Assembly: GCA_023213395.1 (NCBI GenBank)
Contig: CM041465.1
Span: forward strand, 248,813,741-248,877,740
DNA: 64,000 bases
Reading direction: 5' to 3'
DNA from: Cycas panzhihuaensis
Taxonomy: Eukaryota; Plantae; Cycadophyta
Every line of letters begins with the position of its first letter. The first letter of the stretch is position 1. Below, piece after piece: positions 1-14,289 of this stretch. Made by a program: the position numbers and the translations under genes. The notes beneath the pieces are model-generated. The model saw nothing but the letters and a program-made list of their open reading frames with translations. It ran no database searches and was not told the DNA's origin.

Positions 1-25
1 ATAAAATTTGGCATACACTAGGAAT

Positions 26-351
26 TGTTAGAAAACACAACTAAAACAAACAAGGTTGATCGGATCTTTCACATCAGGTAGATATCAAATAGAAACAAAT
101 CACATGAGACACCAGATTGCCATGGGAAACCCTCACAGGAGAAAACCCACAAATAATAATATTTCACATTATGACAAAATGATGATAATACAAAGTTTGA
201 CTTTGATCTATATTTATAGATCTAAAGTGCCAAATATAATTATAATTTATATCCATCAACTCGGTACACTCGAAAATATTCCTCCATATAATTAGGCACA
301 TAAATATGGAGGCTTACTTTACATTAGTAGGTATGGACACATTTTCTAATA
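26..351 (-). repeat. 3' LTR of element A
   Basis: tgttagaaaac...ttctaata; aligns with 11490-11816; PPT adjacent. Confidence 0.9.
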
Positions 352-1763
352 TCCCCTCTTAATGTAAATATGGGGTAATAAGGTTTATCATTGGGAATAG
401 ATCCCCTCTCAAGGATAACCTTACCCAACCCAATATACACGAATTTCAATGTGACAATCTTCAGTTTGAGCTTGGTGAATACATCCATAATTTAATCTCT
501 ACTTGGACAATCTTTAACCTGCATCTTCCCTTATTTGGATGTAATGGTGCTATGCCTTGTATGTGCTCAATTCTTTGGAAATACTCTAATAGAATTATAA
601 CCATACAACTCTCTCTACACCAGATACTTTGTCCATACAACTCAACCATATTCCTTTGACTAAGCCAAGAGGTTGAGCCACTTGAGCCATATGAATCACC
701 TCTTTGAGTCTTCATTAAGGAATACTGATATGATACAATACGATACCCAACTATCTGAAACTGCTAAAATAAATATCAAACAGACCAAAAGCAACATAAA
801 GACTAGTGCAAATGTCTCATCATACATTAATCCTTCTTCCTACTAAAGATCACATGTGCAACAAGTCTTCAAACTTGCAAACTAACTAGGTTCTTTGCTT
901 CAATACAACTCTCCATCATGACTTTGTACTCACTGGAACATTGGTATCTATCATAAGATTTTACTAGCATATTGATCCATGATCTTCAATCATCCTATAG
1001 GTCTTTAACTATCAATAGAAGATAGGTTTGTAATCCATGTCTACTTATTTAACAGCTCTTCATCGTCAATCTCTCACTAGATCTTGCTTCCATCTCAAGA
1101 ACAATGTTAGGTAAACAAACCTCCACACCTGCTGAATAATGACTTAGAAAAGTGAAGAAATAAAGGATAAAATTTGTAACCAAATGATACTAAGTATGAT
1201 ACGTCAATAACTCTTTAACTATATATCTAGACTAATCATAACACATTCCCTTACAGATCACACTATTTGTAAGTTAAACAACCCATAGTCTTCAAACTCT
1301 TGCAATCCCACTGCTACAATCTTAGTCTAAGATGTGTGCACTCTAATGCACTAAAGGAAATAAATGGAAGGCTTCTGACTTAGTCCAAACATACAACAAG
1401 AGGGGAATATATGCCACGAACAGTCATAATAGGGCTACCCATACCTGTCTGCTATAGCTTCTACCATCAAATCTATGGGAGGCAAACCAAAACATATACT
1501 AACCTCACCATCTACATCATAATACTCACCTGTAATATAACCTTACAAGCCAAATGTACATACCATGACAAAGGCATAACTAATTTTAAGGCATCTTGTC
1601 TTAGACCTTTCCATTCACACTTTAACTTTCATTAAACACTCTATCTTGATTCCACATCAGACCAGTTCATATATGCACCTATATTCAAACAACATTAAAC
1701 TAGGCCACAAACCTTATGCTATCATTAGTCTAACTAGCAAAGTATAATGGCCCATCATCAACT

Positions 1764-2073
1764 TGAAGGAAGGATAAATCTAAGGAATAAATCTGACATG
1801 CACCCAATGGAAATGGAGAATAAAAAAGTGATAAAATAAGATATGAGAGCTAAGCTTGGAGGTGATAATATATAATGACTCCCTCCTTGAGATTTTACCT
1901 TTTATTATTGAGGGTGAGCATTAGGGTTAGGATTTTCCTACCTAATGACATAAACTTGAAATTACATCTAAATGCACATAAAGTGCATTTCACTAAAAGA
2001 CTAATGCTAATAATATATCCTATGGTCACTTAATTAATTTACTCAAATGACTTTGATACATTAACCTCTTTCA
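1764..2073 (-). repeat. 3' LTR of element B
   Basis: tgaaggaagg...ctctttca; matches 9049-9360. Confidence 0.95.
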
Positions 2074-2520
2074 ATCCCCCTCTTAATGGTGGATGGTCAT
2101 TTTGAGAAAATCTATTCTATAAGGTCTTCATTTGAGCTTCATTATTACATTGAAATTCTAAATGACACTTTTGTGGGAAAACCCTCATGGAGAATAAAAA
2201 CCCATAGACTTTCTAAGATCTATAGCTCTTTTTATAAATAAAAATGGCTAAGGTGGCTCTTTGATATAGCCTGATAGTCAAGCAATTTAAATGTGTAGCT
2301 TAATTTGCTAAGTCTCCATATATCATTTGGTCATCCCTTATGCCCTTTTAGGTTTTCACAAGTTCTAATTTTCTAAAACTAATACAACCCTTATCCTTCT
2401 ATTCCCTCATAGGGTTTTCACAAATATGATAAAGCAAAGACTTACTCTTATTCTTCTTCACCCATAAGGGGTTTTCATAAATAAAATAGAGTGTGATAAT
2501 CATGTTGCTATCTTCTTTGA

Positions 2521-5500
2521 TTAGTCAAAGATGGAGGCCCTAAGGTCGAGCTGTTTTTGGAACTGTTCAAACTTCACCTTCTACAACTGTTTGGTGAAGA
2601 TATTAGCTACTTGATCTACTCTGAGGAAGTATTCTAGTTGAATTATGATGCTATGAATAAGTTCTCTAATCCTGTAGAATTTCTTACTTATGTATTTAGT
2701 ACAATTATGAAATACTAGATTTTTTTCCATTTTGATTGCTGATTGATTATCCATACGAATACCGGTAGGACTTGTTTGGGTGATATTCAATGTTTCCAAT
2801 AATTTTCTAAGCCATATCACCTCTTTGCTAGTCTTAAAAGTAGCAATGTATTTAACTTCAGTAGTTGAATCAGCAACTATCTCTTGTCGTCTAGATCTCC
2901 ATGATATTGGTGCTATTCCAAGAAACATTACATACCTAAATGTAGATCTTCCTATATATTTATCTCCTGCAAAGTCTGAGTTTGTGTATACAAAAGGCTT
3001 AAATTCATTATTAGGTTCATACAGCTGACCAAATTTATTGGTTGTCTTTAACTATTTTAATACTTGACATGTAGCCTACAAGTAATTCTACTTAGGATTT
3101 ATCTTAAATCGTATAAGAATACCGATAAAGTGTGTAATATCTGGCCTTATATTGATAGTGTAGATGAGACTACCTCCAAGTTTCCTATATAGTATTACAT
3201 ATGCCTCCCCAGTGTCGCCATCAACTAAGAGTTTGGTATTAGGATCCATAGGTAAATCCACTGGTTGAGCATCTTCTAACTGAAACTTGGTTAGAAAATC
3301 GTTGATGTATTTTTCTTTGGAGAGGAAATTTTTTTCATTCTTTTGTGTTACTTCAATTCCTAAGTAATATTTCATCAAACTAATGTTAGATAATTTGAAT
3401 GTTTTGCCAAGTTCCTTTTTTAGCTGGCTTATTACCTATTTACTATTACCCATTATTAGCATGTCATTCACAAAGATTATGAGATAAGTGACTTTATCCT
3501 TTTGGCACTTGATGAACAATGTTACATCAATATCTTGGTAGTCACAAATCTTGTATCCATGTTACCTCATTCTTTCAGATAACTTGGCAAACCAAGCACG
3601 AGGAGCTTGTTTAAGATCATATAAAGACTTTTTAAGCCTAGAAACCTGATGCTCTTGACCTTCAATCTCATATCCTTCTAACTAAGCCATGTAAATTTCT
3701 TCTTCAAGATCTTCATTGAGAAATGCAGTCTTAATATTGAGTTGATGGATTTTCCAACCCTATTGAACAGCCAAAGCTACAAGAGTTTTAATTGTAGGCC
3801 ACTTGGTTGTAGGTGCAAAGACTTTAATGTAGTTGATGCCTTCCCTTTATGTGAATCCTTTATCTACCAACCTCGCCTTGTGTTTTTTAAGGATGCCATC
3901 TTATCTATATTTATTTTTAAATACCCATTTATTTTGAACTACCTTTCTACCAAGTGGTAGATCAATGAACTCCCATGTACCATTTTTTATGAGAGATTGG
4001 TATTCTTCGTTCATTGCATTTATCCAAACTGTATGTTTTATAGGTTCCTAGTACGAGAGGGGCTCTTCATTAAGAGTAAGGTGTAATTCTTCTAGTTTAA
4101 ACTTAGTATATAATGATTCCTAAATCCTTGCTTTATGGGCACTTTGAGTGCTAATTTTTCCCACCTCATCTGGTCGTATATCCTTATTGAGCTGGCATGC
4201 TTCACATGATCCTTAAGTTGGGAATGAAGTCCTTATTTTCTCAACTTCTTGATTTTCATCTTGTTTATTGAAATGATCATTTTGTGAGAAGGATATTGAT
4301 GCGTTTGAGAAAGATGGTCCTTGTACCACTATTTTACCTTTTTTAACTAATGGTAGAGATGATGATTTTTCTATAATGGCTTTGCCTTTATCAACTCTGT
4401 TATCTTTAAAGGATAGTGTTAGATGTGTATGCATTGGTTCAGAGTCACAACTTATATCCTCTAAGGCTCTATTATCAGCTTCCAATATTTAGAGTAATTT
4501 ATGTCTGTCCCCCCCCTCCTCCTTTAAATTTTAGAATCTAAACATCATACTTGATAACATTATTATAGAGGCATGAGAGTATTTTGGAGTCTAATCTAAG
4601 CAACTAATCCTCTGTCTCTGCAAAAATGACATCTTTGGTAATGATGATTTTTCATTGTGAATATATAAAGACTTGATACCCTTTCTTATCCATAGGGTAT
4701 CTAACAAAGATGCCTTTAAGTGCCCTTAGCTGGAGTTTGTTTCAATCTGCATCTAGAATGTGGGTATAGCATGTAGAGCCAAAAATTTTGAAGTAGTGAA
4801 TAATGGGGGCTTGTCCTAACTACTTTTTATTAGGTGATTATCCTTCCTTTAATAGGCTAATAGAATTGATACAATAAACAACTATTCATATGGCTTTGGT
4901 CCATAGGTAGGAAGGTATATTTTTATATACCAACATAACTCCAGCCATGTTCACGATTGTCCTATTCATATACTCGGTAATTCCATTTTGTATGGGGTAC
5001 CTACTATTGTTGTTTGATATTTAATGTCATTGTCTTGAAGATAGATTTCAAACTCATGTGAGGTATATTCATCGCCATTATCAATTCGAAGATATCTAAG
5101 TTGATAACTTGACTCTTTTTTAGTGTAGGCTTTGAATTCTTTGAATACACGGAAGGCTTCATCTTTCTTATATAGAAAAGTTACCCATACTTTTCTAGTG
5201 AAATCATCAATGAAAGAGATATAATATAACTTTCCCTTCAGTAAAGGAATAGCCATTGGTCTACACAGATCATAGTGTACTAATTATAATGGATGACGTG
5301 ATTTCCATTAACTTTTGGAAAAGGGTTGTCAATGAGATTTGGCAATGATACAAACTTCACATTTAAAGGGCTTAGAGGAGATCTTTGGAATATTTGGAAG
5401 ACTGTTACAAATATCTCTAAGTCGATCAATGTAAACATAGCCCATGCAAGCATGTCAAAGAGCTTCTAGTGACAACATTGGGTGGGTCAAGATGGAGTTA

Positions 5501-7190
5501 AATGCAAATTCTTCATTGGCACAAGGGCTTTGGGCACAATGGGCTTCAAAAGATGGAGAGCTATTTAGTAGAAAGAGTTTGCTAGAGAGATGTCTAGTCA
5601 AGACCACTTGATTAGTTAGAGAGTAAATGACCTAGAGAGTCTGGTCATTTACGGTTACACTTAGATTAAATCCACAAGAGATAAGTATGGATAAGGAGAG
5701 TAGGTTTGGTTTAAGATTAGGTATATATAAGACATCAAGCAATGTAAATTCTCTTAAGCCTAGGAGTTTTAGGCCAATGTTACCAATTCCTTTAATAGGT
5801 TATTATGATTTATCAATTATATGAACAACTCCTTGAACATTTGAGTTAAATATTTGATATAGACTGTGATTACATGTCATATATTGAGTTCCTCCTATGT
5901 CTGTAATCCACTGTCTATCGATTGAAGCCATACTATTTGTAATTCTAATAGGGCTTGGTATTGATGAAGGGAATTCACAAATGATATATCCACATTGAGC
6001 TTCAAAGTATCTCTTTAGTTGGTCAATGGTATTTGATATTGAAAATCCCTCAATTCTTTAAAAGTATACTTGTACAAAACCTGTACCATTAAAGGATTCT
6101 TCACAAGTTTCTTCAACATTATGAGCTCCATGTTTTGGTTGGAATTTTGTTAACTTATAAGTAGTAGTTCTACAGTCTTTTGTAAAGTATCATTTACGAT
6201 TATACTAATCATATATACTAGTTTGATTGCTAGTCCCTGAAGAGGTACTAATTTGTCTTGACTGTCTTACTCTTTATTGAAGTGACCCTTGGCCTTGAGA
6301 CTGTCAAGGCTATGACTAAGGGTTTGGTTAACCTTACAAATAATTTTCCAAGTTTTGTCCTCTTCTTCTTGCTTGATTGTTTCCTCTGCCATGAGAGGGA
6401 CCTTGATTTTTTATGTAGCAAGCTTCTTCTTCCACCTCAAAGGTTACATCTAGAAGAGATTTAGAGGCTATAAAGTCGGTATCAAAGGTCTTGTCAAATG
6501 CTTCGAAATTGAGTATCTTCAATGTTCCACTAGATTAAAGACTTCCAAGCAAGTTTTTATAATCAATGACACGTAAACATGATTGAATTAAGAATGCCCA
6601 AGTGATACATTGGGTCTTAAAATCTTTATCAATTATTTGTTTTATTAGTCAAAGGAGATTTATTATCTCATGAGCTCATCCCTTCTACATTTTTAATTTG
6701 TTTATTTTCAGAACAAGATTAACAAATTCTAAATCTAACTTGGTATCAAAGTTCTTTTTTAGAACTTCAAGGACCTTCCAAGCTATATTACGTTGCTCTT
6801 CATTAATCAAGTTATGCAATGAGTGATCAGTAACCAATAGAATTCCTACATAAATCTTTTCATCATCTATCTCCCATTATAGTTTGGTTGCAACATCTGT
6901 AGGAGCTATTGGAATGGATCCACCAGAAGCAGATGTTATAGCTATTATAAGTATAATGGATGTAGGTTGCAAGTGGGCTTTCCAAAGGCCTTCATACTTT
7001 GTAGCATTTTTAACTCCTGTGTACCATAAATCTCAATTTCTTTGCTTTTCAATATGTAGTTGACATTCTTCTTAAATTGAAATGATTTGGTGATGATGAA
7101 GAAGTAGAAGAGATAATAGAAGTATGTGTCACTGAAGTAGAAGAGATAATAGAAGTATGAGTCACTGACACATGTGGTTAGTACACCTGA
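2521..7190 (-). pseudogene. gag-pol pseudogene of copia B
   Basis: ORF fragments: integrase YYISFIDDFTRKVWV...LRIDNGDEY (4966-5256); RT YYLGIEV...YRKLGGSLIY..RPDI (3088-3378); RNase H ISWRSRRQ..STTE..DNQSAI..DQVANIFTK (2581-2928). Many stops and frameshifts. Confidence 0.93.
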
Positions 7191-9048
7191 CACAACAGGG
7201 ATATAGAAATGAATACTATGATGAGAAGCAAGTAATAATTAAATATTTTTCAACAACTGTGAAAAATGAGTATAAGCAATAATGTAAGAATAAGGCCTAA
7301 TATAGAGCTGACAAAGGGTGGTGATGTGTCATGCTACTAACCTCTAACTTATGTCCAAATATAGGTGAGGTTTTCATGCCTAAGGCTTCTAGTATACGAT
7401 TAGGGCCTTCACCCGTGATATCTACACCTGTGCTTGGTAATGAAATCCAAGTGACAATGGAGTCCAAGTACTCTCAGTTCACTAATGAGTATCTATATAT
7501 CTCCTCTAAAGAGTTAAATAGTATGTGTGTATCCCACAACTATGATGGATATTGGATTGGTTTAATTTTAATCTTACATTAAGGTTTTCATTTTTTTCAA
7601 GTGGTTATTAGAATTATCCATGATTATAGGCCATATGTATAGCTAACCTGTCCATCCACCACTATTCTGGTCATCACCAGATTCAGTATGAAACTCATAC
7701 CTCCCTTAGGGCCCAGACTTCGGCCAACCATAGTCTATTTCAACTAAGTCAAGAATTGGTGGTATAAATCATACAAATGAGATTCTTTTTAGGAATAATG
7801 TAAGTTATTTCTAAATAACTAAAAACTAAAATAGAAAGTTGTCAAATATGCTTACTTTTCTTTCATGCTTGCTTTGTTGTTGTTATTACTTTATGTGATG
7901 CTTTATGCTATGTGTGCAAATAGAAAAAGCATGCTAGATTTAGCAGGGGAACTGGATGTTGCTTCTGATCTAAGGTTTCCCTTGCTTTAGTACAATGTTT
8001 CTAAATATATTTTTAGAAATTTCAATACAAAATCCATAAATGGCTAAAAAGCAAATCAACTTACCACTAAAATATTAATTTTTATAAATCTAGATGCATG
8101 TTATTTTGTCTTATTTTGTGAGTTTTTTCACAAACTTTATAAATAATAATAAATGGCCAAAATTTTCTAAAAATTACAAATATGAAGGCCTAAATGATGG
8201 AATTTAAATTTATGGTAGAAAAAAAAAAGTGTTTAGAATATTATTTTCAATAGAGTAGTGAAGTCAAATTTCTGAAAAGGCGTAAAATATTTTTACCTAC
8301 AAAAAATATAAAAGCTGAATCTTACCAGATCCACTATCTTAGAATCTGAACTTCAGTATGCCAAAAGTTACATCTTAACATGTACATCAACTTTTCCTTT
8401 TATACCATATTTAAAATTAGCCAAAAAACTACTTGAAATGCCCTCATAATATTTTTTGTAGGGTTAAGAAGGTAAATTCAATATCCGTGAGAAAATTGCA
8501 AAGATCTCACTAACCAGTGGATGAAATTTAATGAGATTTATCTTAAAATGATCCTAAGACATAAATCTACTAGATCCCTAAAAAATAAATTCAGATTTTT
8601 AGTTTATGTTTAAAGGATTTCATTGAGAAAATTATCTTAAGTCACTTATTCGTAAATTTTAACCTTTTATTTCAGCTAAAAATCGTTGTTTCAAGTTGAA
8701 TCTAAAGCTACTCTAGAAGACAAAAATGACCCTCTTAGTAAGAAAATCCTACACACCAAATTTTATTAAAATTTGAGATAGTCAAAATTTTCTTAAAATT
8801 TTAGGCCTTTAATGCTTCTGAGATTGTTTCGATAACCAAATGGCTTAAAAAACTTGTATTTTTCACCTCTAAAATTTTATACATATAGAGAAAGTAGAGA
8901 CATATGAAGTAATATAATTTTAAGTTTTCAAAATTTTAAAAATAATGAGTGCACTCTCAATACTTTACATTAAAGATGAAGGACATGTAAAATGACTCCA
9001 TGCAAGTAGAATGGAGTGAATAGATCCCTTTCTAACTCTGATACCACA

Positions 9049-9360
9049 TGAAGGAAGGATGGATATAGAGAATAAATCACTCACACATACACAATGGCAA
9101 TGGAGAATGAAAAAGAGATGAAACATGATATGAGAGTTAATCTTAGAGGTGAGAATGAATAATGACTTCCTCCTTGAGATTTCATCTTTTATTATTGAGG
9201 GTGAGTATTAGGGTTAAGATTTTCTTGCCTAATGACATGAATCCAAATTTATATCTAAATACACATACATTGTATTTCACTAAGAGACTAATGCTAATAA
9301 TATATCCTAAGGTCACTTAATTAATCTACACAAATGACCTTGATACATTAGCCTCTTTCA
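9049..9360 (-). repeat. 5' LTR of element B
   Basis: tgaaggaagg...ctctttca; preceded on + by actctgatacca (PBS). Confidence 0.95.
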
Positions 9361-11477
9361 CAACTAACAACCACTCATACGAGCAAATTATAAACTTTAT
9401 CACCTTATATACATCTGATGCAACATAACTCAAATATAAATGAATAAACCACACTCATTTCACAAGACAAACCACATAAACATAAACTTTATGCAATGGT
9501 TTATATCACACTAAAACAGTAATAGAGTTTGCATTAAATTACAATTAAGGTATCTCATATTTTTCTTCGCCCATCTCTCGCCCAATCTTGCCCTCAAACT
9601 CGAGCCTAGAAACTCACCCAACATACGCCAATCTTGCCAATGTAATACACATGCAACAAGTACTACATCACCACCTCATATCATCATTAGTAAAGCATAC
9701 TTAACACACTCTCTTTAAATCAAATCAGGTCACTAACATCACCCATCTAACTCTCCCATATAATCACATGCTAAATAACCTCATCATGCCTCATGCCATC
9801 CATTAACTTTCTCATGAAAAATACATGCAAGAAAGCACTTAACCACCATATCACCAACATACTTCTTAAGCATACCTCATGATTCAACCCATTCATACAT
9901 CACCATTAAAAAACATGCCCCCTTAGTGATGAAAAAATGCATTGAAGAAAAGTCCATAGATGCTTATATACCATTGCAAAACTTCATATCAAAGCTTCTT
10001 CACAAAGATCTCCTTAATTATAACTTTAATATGACTTTTAATAAAGTATAAGAAGGAATATCAATGGACAACTTCATGAGAATAACTTATGCAAAAGGTA
10101 AAAGGCTTTATAAGATATATGACCTATCATATATCAAATGATTTTAAAATGTGACTTAAATATCATAGATGACTTTATGAATCATCAAATGCCATTAAAT
10201 ATGCATCAAAGGTAACTATATATTTGATGAATATAAATCAAGGTGATTAATAAAGTTAGAGGTAAACTATCTTAAAAAATGGTGACTATGCTAAACAAAT
10301 ATCAAGGGCGAATTCAATATCAATGTAGACCAGAATATGTCACGCAGACTTATTCAGTTGAAGGTATTATGGCTACATGTCTACAATATAATCACACAAG
10401 GCATTTATCAATAATCACGCAGTTTGGTATACATGTGAATTCAGGCAAAAATACATCACACAGATGACTAAAAAATACACATGTAGGACACTATCATTAT
10501 GATAAGCTAGTTTATCTTATTACGTAGAGGAACCAGTGAAATATATAAATAATCATGGGTGATGTCAATTATCCAACACATGCAGATGAAATACATACAT
10601 TGATTATAATATCTTAACACGTGGGTGATGTTGCATCATGCAGACAAATATATATCACTTGGAATGTAATGTAGGCTGTAAATTATTCATAGGAGACATC
10701 AAATTACGAGCGACAAGAAGATATACATTATGTAAGTAATCTTTAAACATCATGGGTGAATAAATTATGCTACAACAGGCACTCACAGAGCATATAATAT
10801 GTAACTGCAAGTATTATCACGCAACTCTTAATACAAAGGCATAATATTTTCCATCATCGGCTAATAGACAACAAGTAATATTTTAGATGGACAATGCTTA
10901 TATAAATACATGAGTTACATATACTCTTAAATGACTCAAACTATTGACAGAGTATTTGGGTAATAGAGATATACCACAACTATCAATTATTAACAGTATG
11001 CACGAAGGCCATAACAAAGTAATAAGACTCAAAATATAATATTCAAACCTTAAATTTAAGTGGGTAATAAATATATTAAGCATACCTTTGTATTATTACC
11101 GTATTATCATTTCACAACTCTACAACTAACCTGCTAGGGTTTTGCACTCTCCCGCTAGCAACAGAGGGCTAGCAATCATCTCTAGGGCATGCAAACTTAG
11201 TGGCATCATCAAACAAGGATCTGGCACCTTTAGCAGGCTTAAACAACACTTACATGGCTAGAAACGGAATCAAAAACTCATCCACACACCTCCATATAGC
11301 TCAAAATACCTACAGACAATGACAAAAGGCTCATGAGATCTACCAACGATCATCTATACCACTGTGGCTATTCTATAGGGTCATCAAGCATGCCAATCCA
11401 TTAAGGGAAAGCCAACATGACCCGGCACTATCGTTTGGACCTCTAATAATGATCATCTACATGTGCATGACCTACAA

Positions 11478-11489
11478 GCTCTGATACCA
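11478..11489 (-). promoter_or_regulatory. Primer binding site (tRNA-iMet) of A
   Basis: Reverse complement is TGGTATCAGAGC, immediately inside the LTR. Confidence 0.92.
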
Positions 11490-11816
11490 TTTTAGAAAAC
11501 GTAACTAAAGCAAACAAAATCAAAAAGATCTTTCACATTAGGCAGATATCAAGTATGAACAGATTGCATGGGATACCAGATTATCGTCGGAAACCCTTAT
11601 GGGTAAAAAACCCACAAATAATAATATTTCACATTATGACAAAATGATAATGATATAAAGTTTGATATTGATCTATATTTGTAGATCTAAAGTGCCAAAT
11701 ATAATTATAATTTACATCGATAAGCTCACTACACTTGGGAATATTCCTCCACATAATTAGGCACATAAATAGGAAGTCTCAGTTTATATTAGTAGGTATT
11801 GACACATTTTCTAACA
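11490..11816 (-). repeat. 5' LTR of element A
   Basis: ttttagaaaac...ttctaaca; abuts the PBS. Confidence 0.9.
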
Positions 11817-12037
11817 AGAATATTCCACTTTAAGTAAACTTTATTTTCTAAATTTTATCTTAAGTGTTTTTTCATCATTAATTCATCATTTCTTATAGAA
11901 AAACACATTATTTTTTCTTTTTAACTTAGATAAACATATAAAAAAAAAAATTAAGTGTGTTTATCAAATTAAAAAAATGTATTCTAAGTCATTTAGAGTA
12001 TAATTAGTGAACAATTCACGTTTGTATATGTTTTTAA

Positions 12038-12609
12038 TGTTGAAGATAACATTTAGCCTTCACATCAATAGGTGATAAGCACAACCCTTAAGATTTTATG
12101 AAGAGAAAGTTGGTTAGCAAATGAAGATGATTAGTATTAAGAATAAGCAACATAGAATATAAGCACCTAAGCAAGTAACAAGCACAATGATCTCAAGCAT
12201 AAGATAAACATAAAATATAGAGGAGAAAGAATTTGTCGTTACTCTAAATAAGCAAGATTAACTTGGATTTAAATTAGTAGTATAACAATACAGACTCACT
12301 TACGTCATGTGATACATAAGGTTTGACTTCCTTATATAGATATGAAGGAGCACTTTGGGTGGTTGGATGTTTGACAAGTGTCAAACATCCAAGCTATACC
12401 ATATGCATGTGGGACAAATGTCCCTTGGGCTCTCTTTGTGAGTAAAAGTATATGAAGGTATATTAGCCTTTAAGTTATAATGTTATATCACTAGAACAAA
12501 TCTGGGTGTGTGCTTGATCACATTAGGTGATAAGTCATCCTAAAATAAAGTATATCAATAATATAATATAAAGTACAATGTTTAACTTATAAATATAAAG
12601 GTCTTAACA
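12038..12609 (-). repeat. 3' LTR of element C
   Basis: tgttgaagata...tcttaaca; matches 28120-28702. Confidence 0.94.
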
Positions 12610-12635
12610 CCCCCCCATTAATACTTATAATGTTA

Positions 12636-14284
12636 AGTCAGATACCCAAACCACCTCTAAATTTCTTAAAATTTTTTCTACCAAGTTATTTGGTAAAGAT
12701 GTCTAATAGTTGATGGTCTGTGGGCTTGTAATAGAGGTAAATCTCATCATTCTACACATACTCCCTAATGAAATGATGATGGACCATAATGTATTTAGTC
12801 CTTGCATAAAAAACTAGATTCTTAATTAGCTTGAGCACACTTTAATTACCATAATATAACTTGGTGGGGTGATCCTACTCAAGTCTAAGTTTGCTAAGAA
12901 TCTTCCTTAACTATATAACCTCACAAGTTATGTTGATTGCAACTTTGTATTTTACTTTGGTGGAGGATAAGGTAACATTAGGTTACTTCTTGTAACTCCA
13001 TAAAATAAATCTTAAAGTAAGGGTAAAGCAATATCATGAGGTCAAGCAATGGCTATCTTATCATCCCGCCCAATCAAAATCTAAGAATCCCTCCAAAATG
13101 AAGTTCTCGTTGTGTGTATATTAAAGGCCATATTGCAATGTACCTTTGAGATATTTCAATATACATTTTACTACATTTCAATATTTCTAATTAGGTTGAG
13201 ACATGCATCTAGAGCAAATCCTAATTAAAAATAAAAGATTAGGTCTAGTGTTTATCAAGATGATTAGACCACCTAACAGTTGTCGATATAAAGTAGAATT
13301 TGCTAGTGTTATTTTCTCATCAAGTAACAATTTTATTCCATTCTCTATGGGTGTAAACAATAGTTTATATTCCTTCATTCTAAATCGCTATAAAATATTC
13401 TAAGAATATTTACTTTGGGAAATAAAGATATGACCTAGTTGTTGCCATACCTCCATGCTTAGAAAATAATGGAGAAGTCTAAGATCAATCATCTTAAAAC
13501 TTCTCTTAAAATTATCCTTAGGAATTTATATCATCTTATTGTCACTTCTAGTGATCACTAAGTCATCAATACATAAAATGACAAAGACTACAAAGTTATT
13601 CATAACTTTTATGTATACGTTAGGATTTGTTGAAGATCGATGATATCCATGTCTAAAAAAATAATCATCAATTTTATAGTACCAAGCTCTAAAGGCCTGT
13701 TTCAATCTATACAAAATCTTCTTAAGATAATAGATCAAGTGTTCTTTAACATGTATAACATATCTAATAAGTTGCTTCAAATATACGTCCTCATCAAGAT
13801 TGCCATTAAGAAAAATGTTCTTCATGTCTATTTGATATATTTGCCACTTGCATTAAGCAACTAAGGCTAATATGAATTTGATGGTGATCATATTTACTAT
13901 AGGTGCAAAGGTCTTCTCATAGTCAAATCCTTCCTTTTACTTGAATCTCTGTTAAGCATTATGATACTTGGTTAAACTATCATATTAGAATTTGGTATTG
14001 TAAACCCTTTTACAACTAATTATCCATTTGTTTTTAAGTAATTCTACCAAATCATAAGTTCTATTCTTTTCAATAGAATGAATTTCACCATCCATGGCAG
14101 CTTTCTACTTTTCACTTTTACATGCCTCCTCAAAAATGGAAAGCTCATCTACATAAAGCACTTCAATCATAAGTGTATAAGTGATAGATTGTTACCTAAT
14201 CTTTAATAGATATTTTCCTTCTATAACTTGAATGCCCTGCACTATTTTAGTGTACCATTTAGGTAGCTTTTTCTTACATGTAAC
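12636..14284 (-). pseudogene. RT / RNase H remnant of copia C
   Basis: FLNGNLDEDVYLKQ...LKKILYRLKQAFRAWY...CIDDLVIT (13526-13825); LYRQLLGGLI..TRPNL (13187-13378). Confidence 0.92.
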
Positions 14285-14289
14285 TTGAA

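Larger units (their letters stand above)
1764..9360 (-). mobile_element. Element B: full-length decayed Ty1/copia LTR retrotransposon nested in A
   Basis: LTRs 1764-2073 and 9049-9360 (TG...CA, about 46 mismatches in 310 bp). Perfect TSD CAACT/CAACT, PBS at 9035-9046, PPT atccccctctt at 2074-2084. Domain order gag-PR-INT-RT-RH on the minus strand. Confidence 0.96.
26..11816 (-). mobile_element. Element A: highly decayed Ty1/copia LTR retrotransposon, host of element B
   Basis: Direct LTRs at 26-351 and 11490-11816 (about 53 mismatches in 326 bp by eye). tRNA-iMet PBS gctctgatacca at 11478-11489, PPT tcccctctt at 352-360, near-TSD GGAAT/AGAAT. Only faint RNase H-like (~460-730) and integrase-like (~9370-9560) remnants survive. 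Confidence 0.9.
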
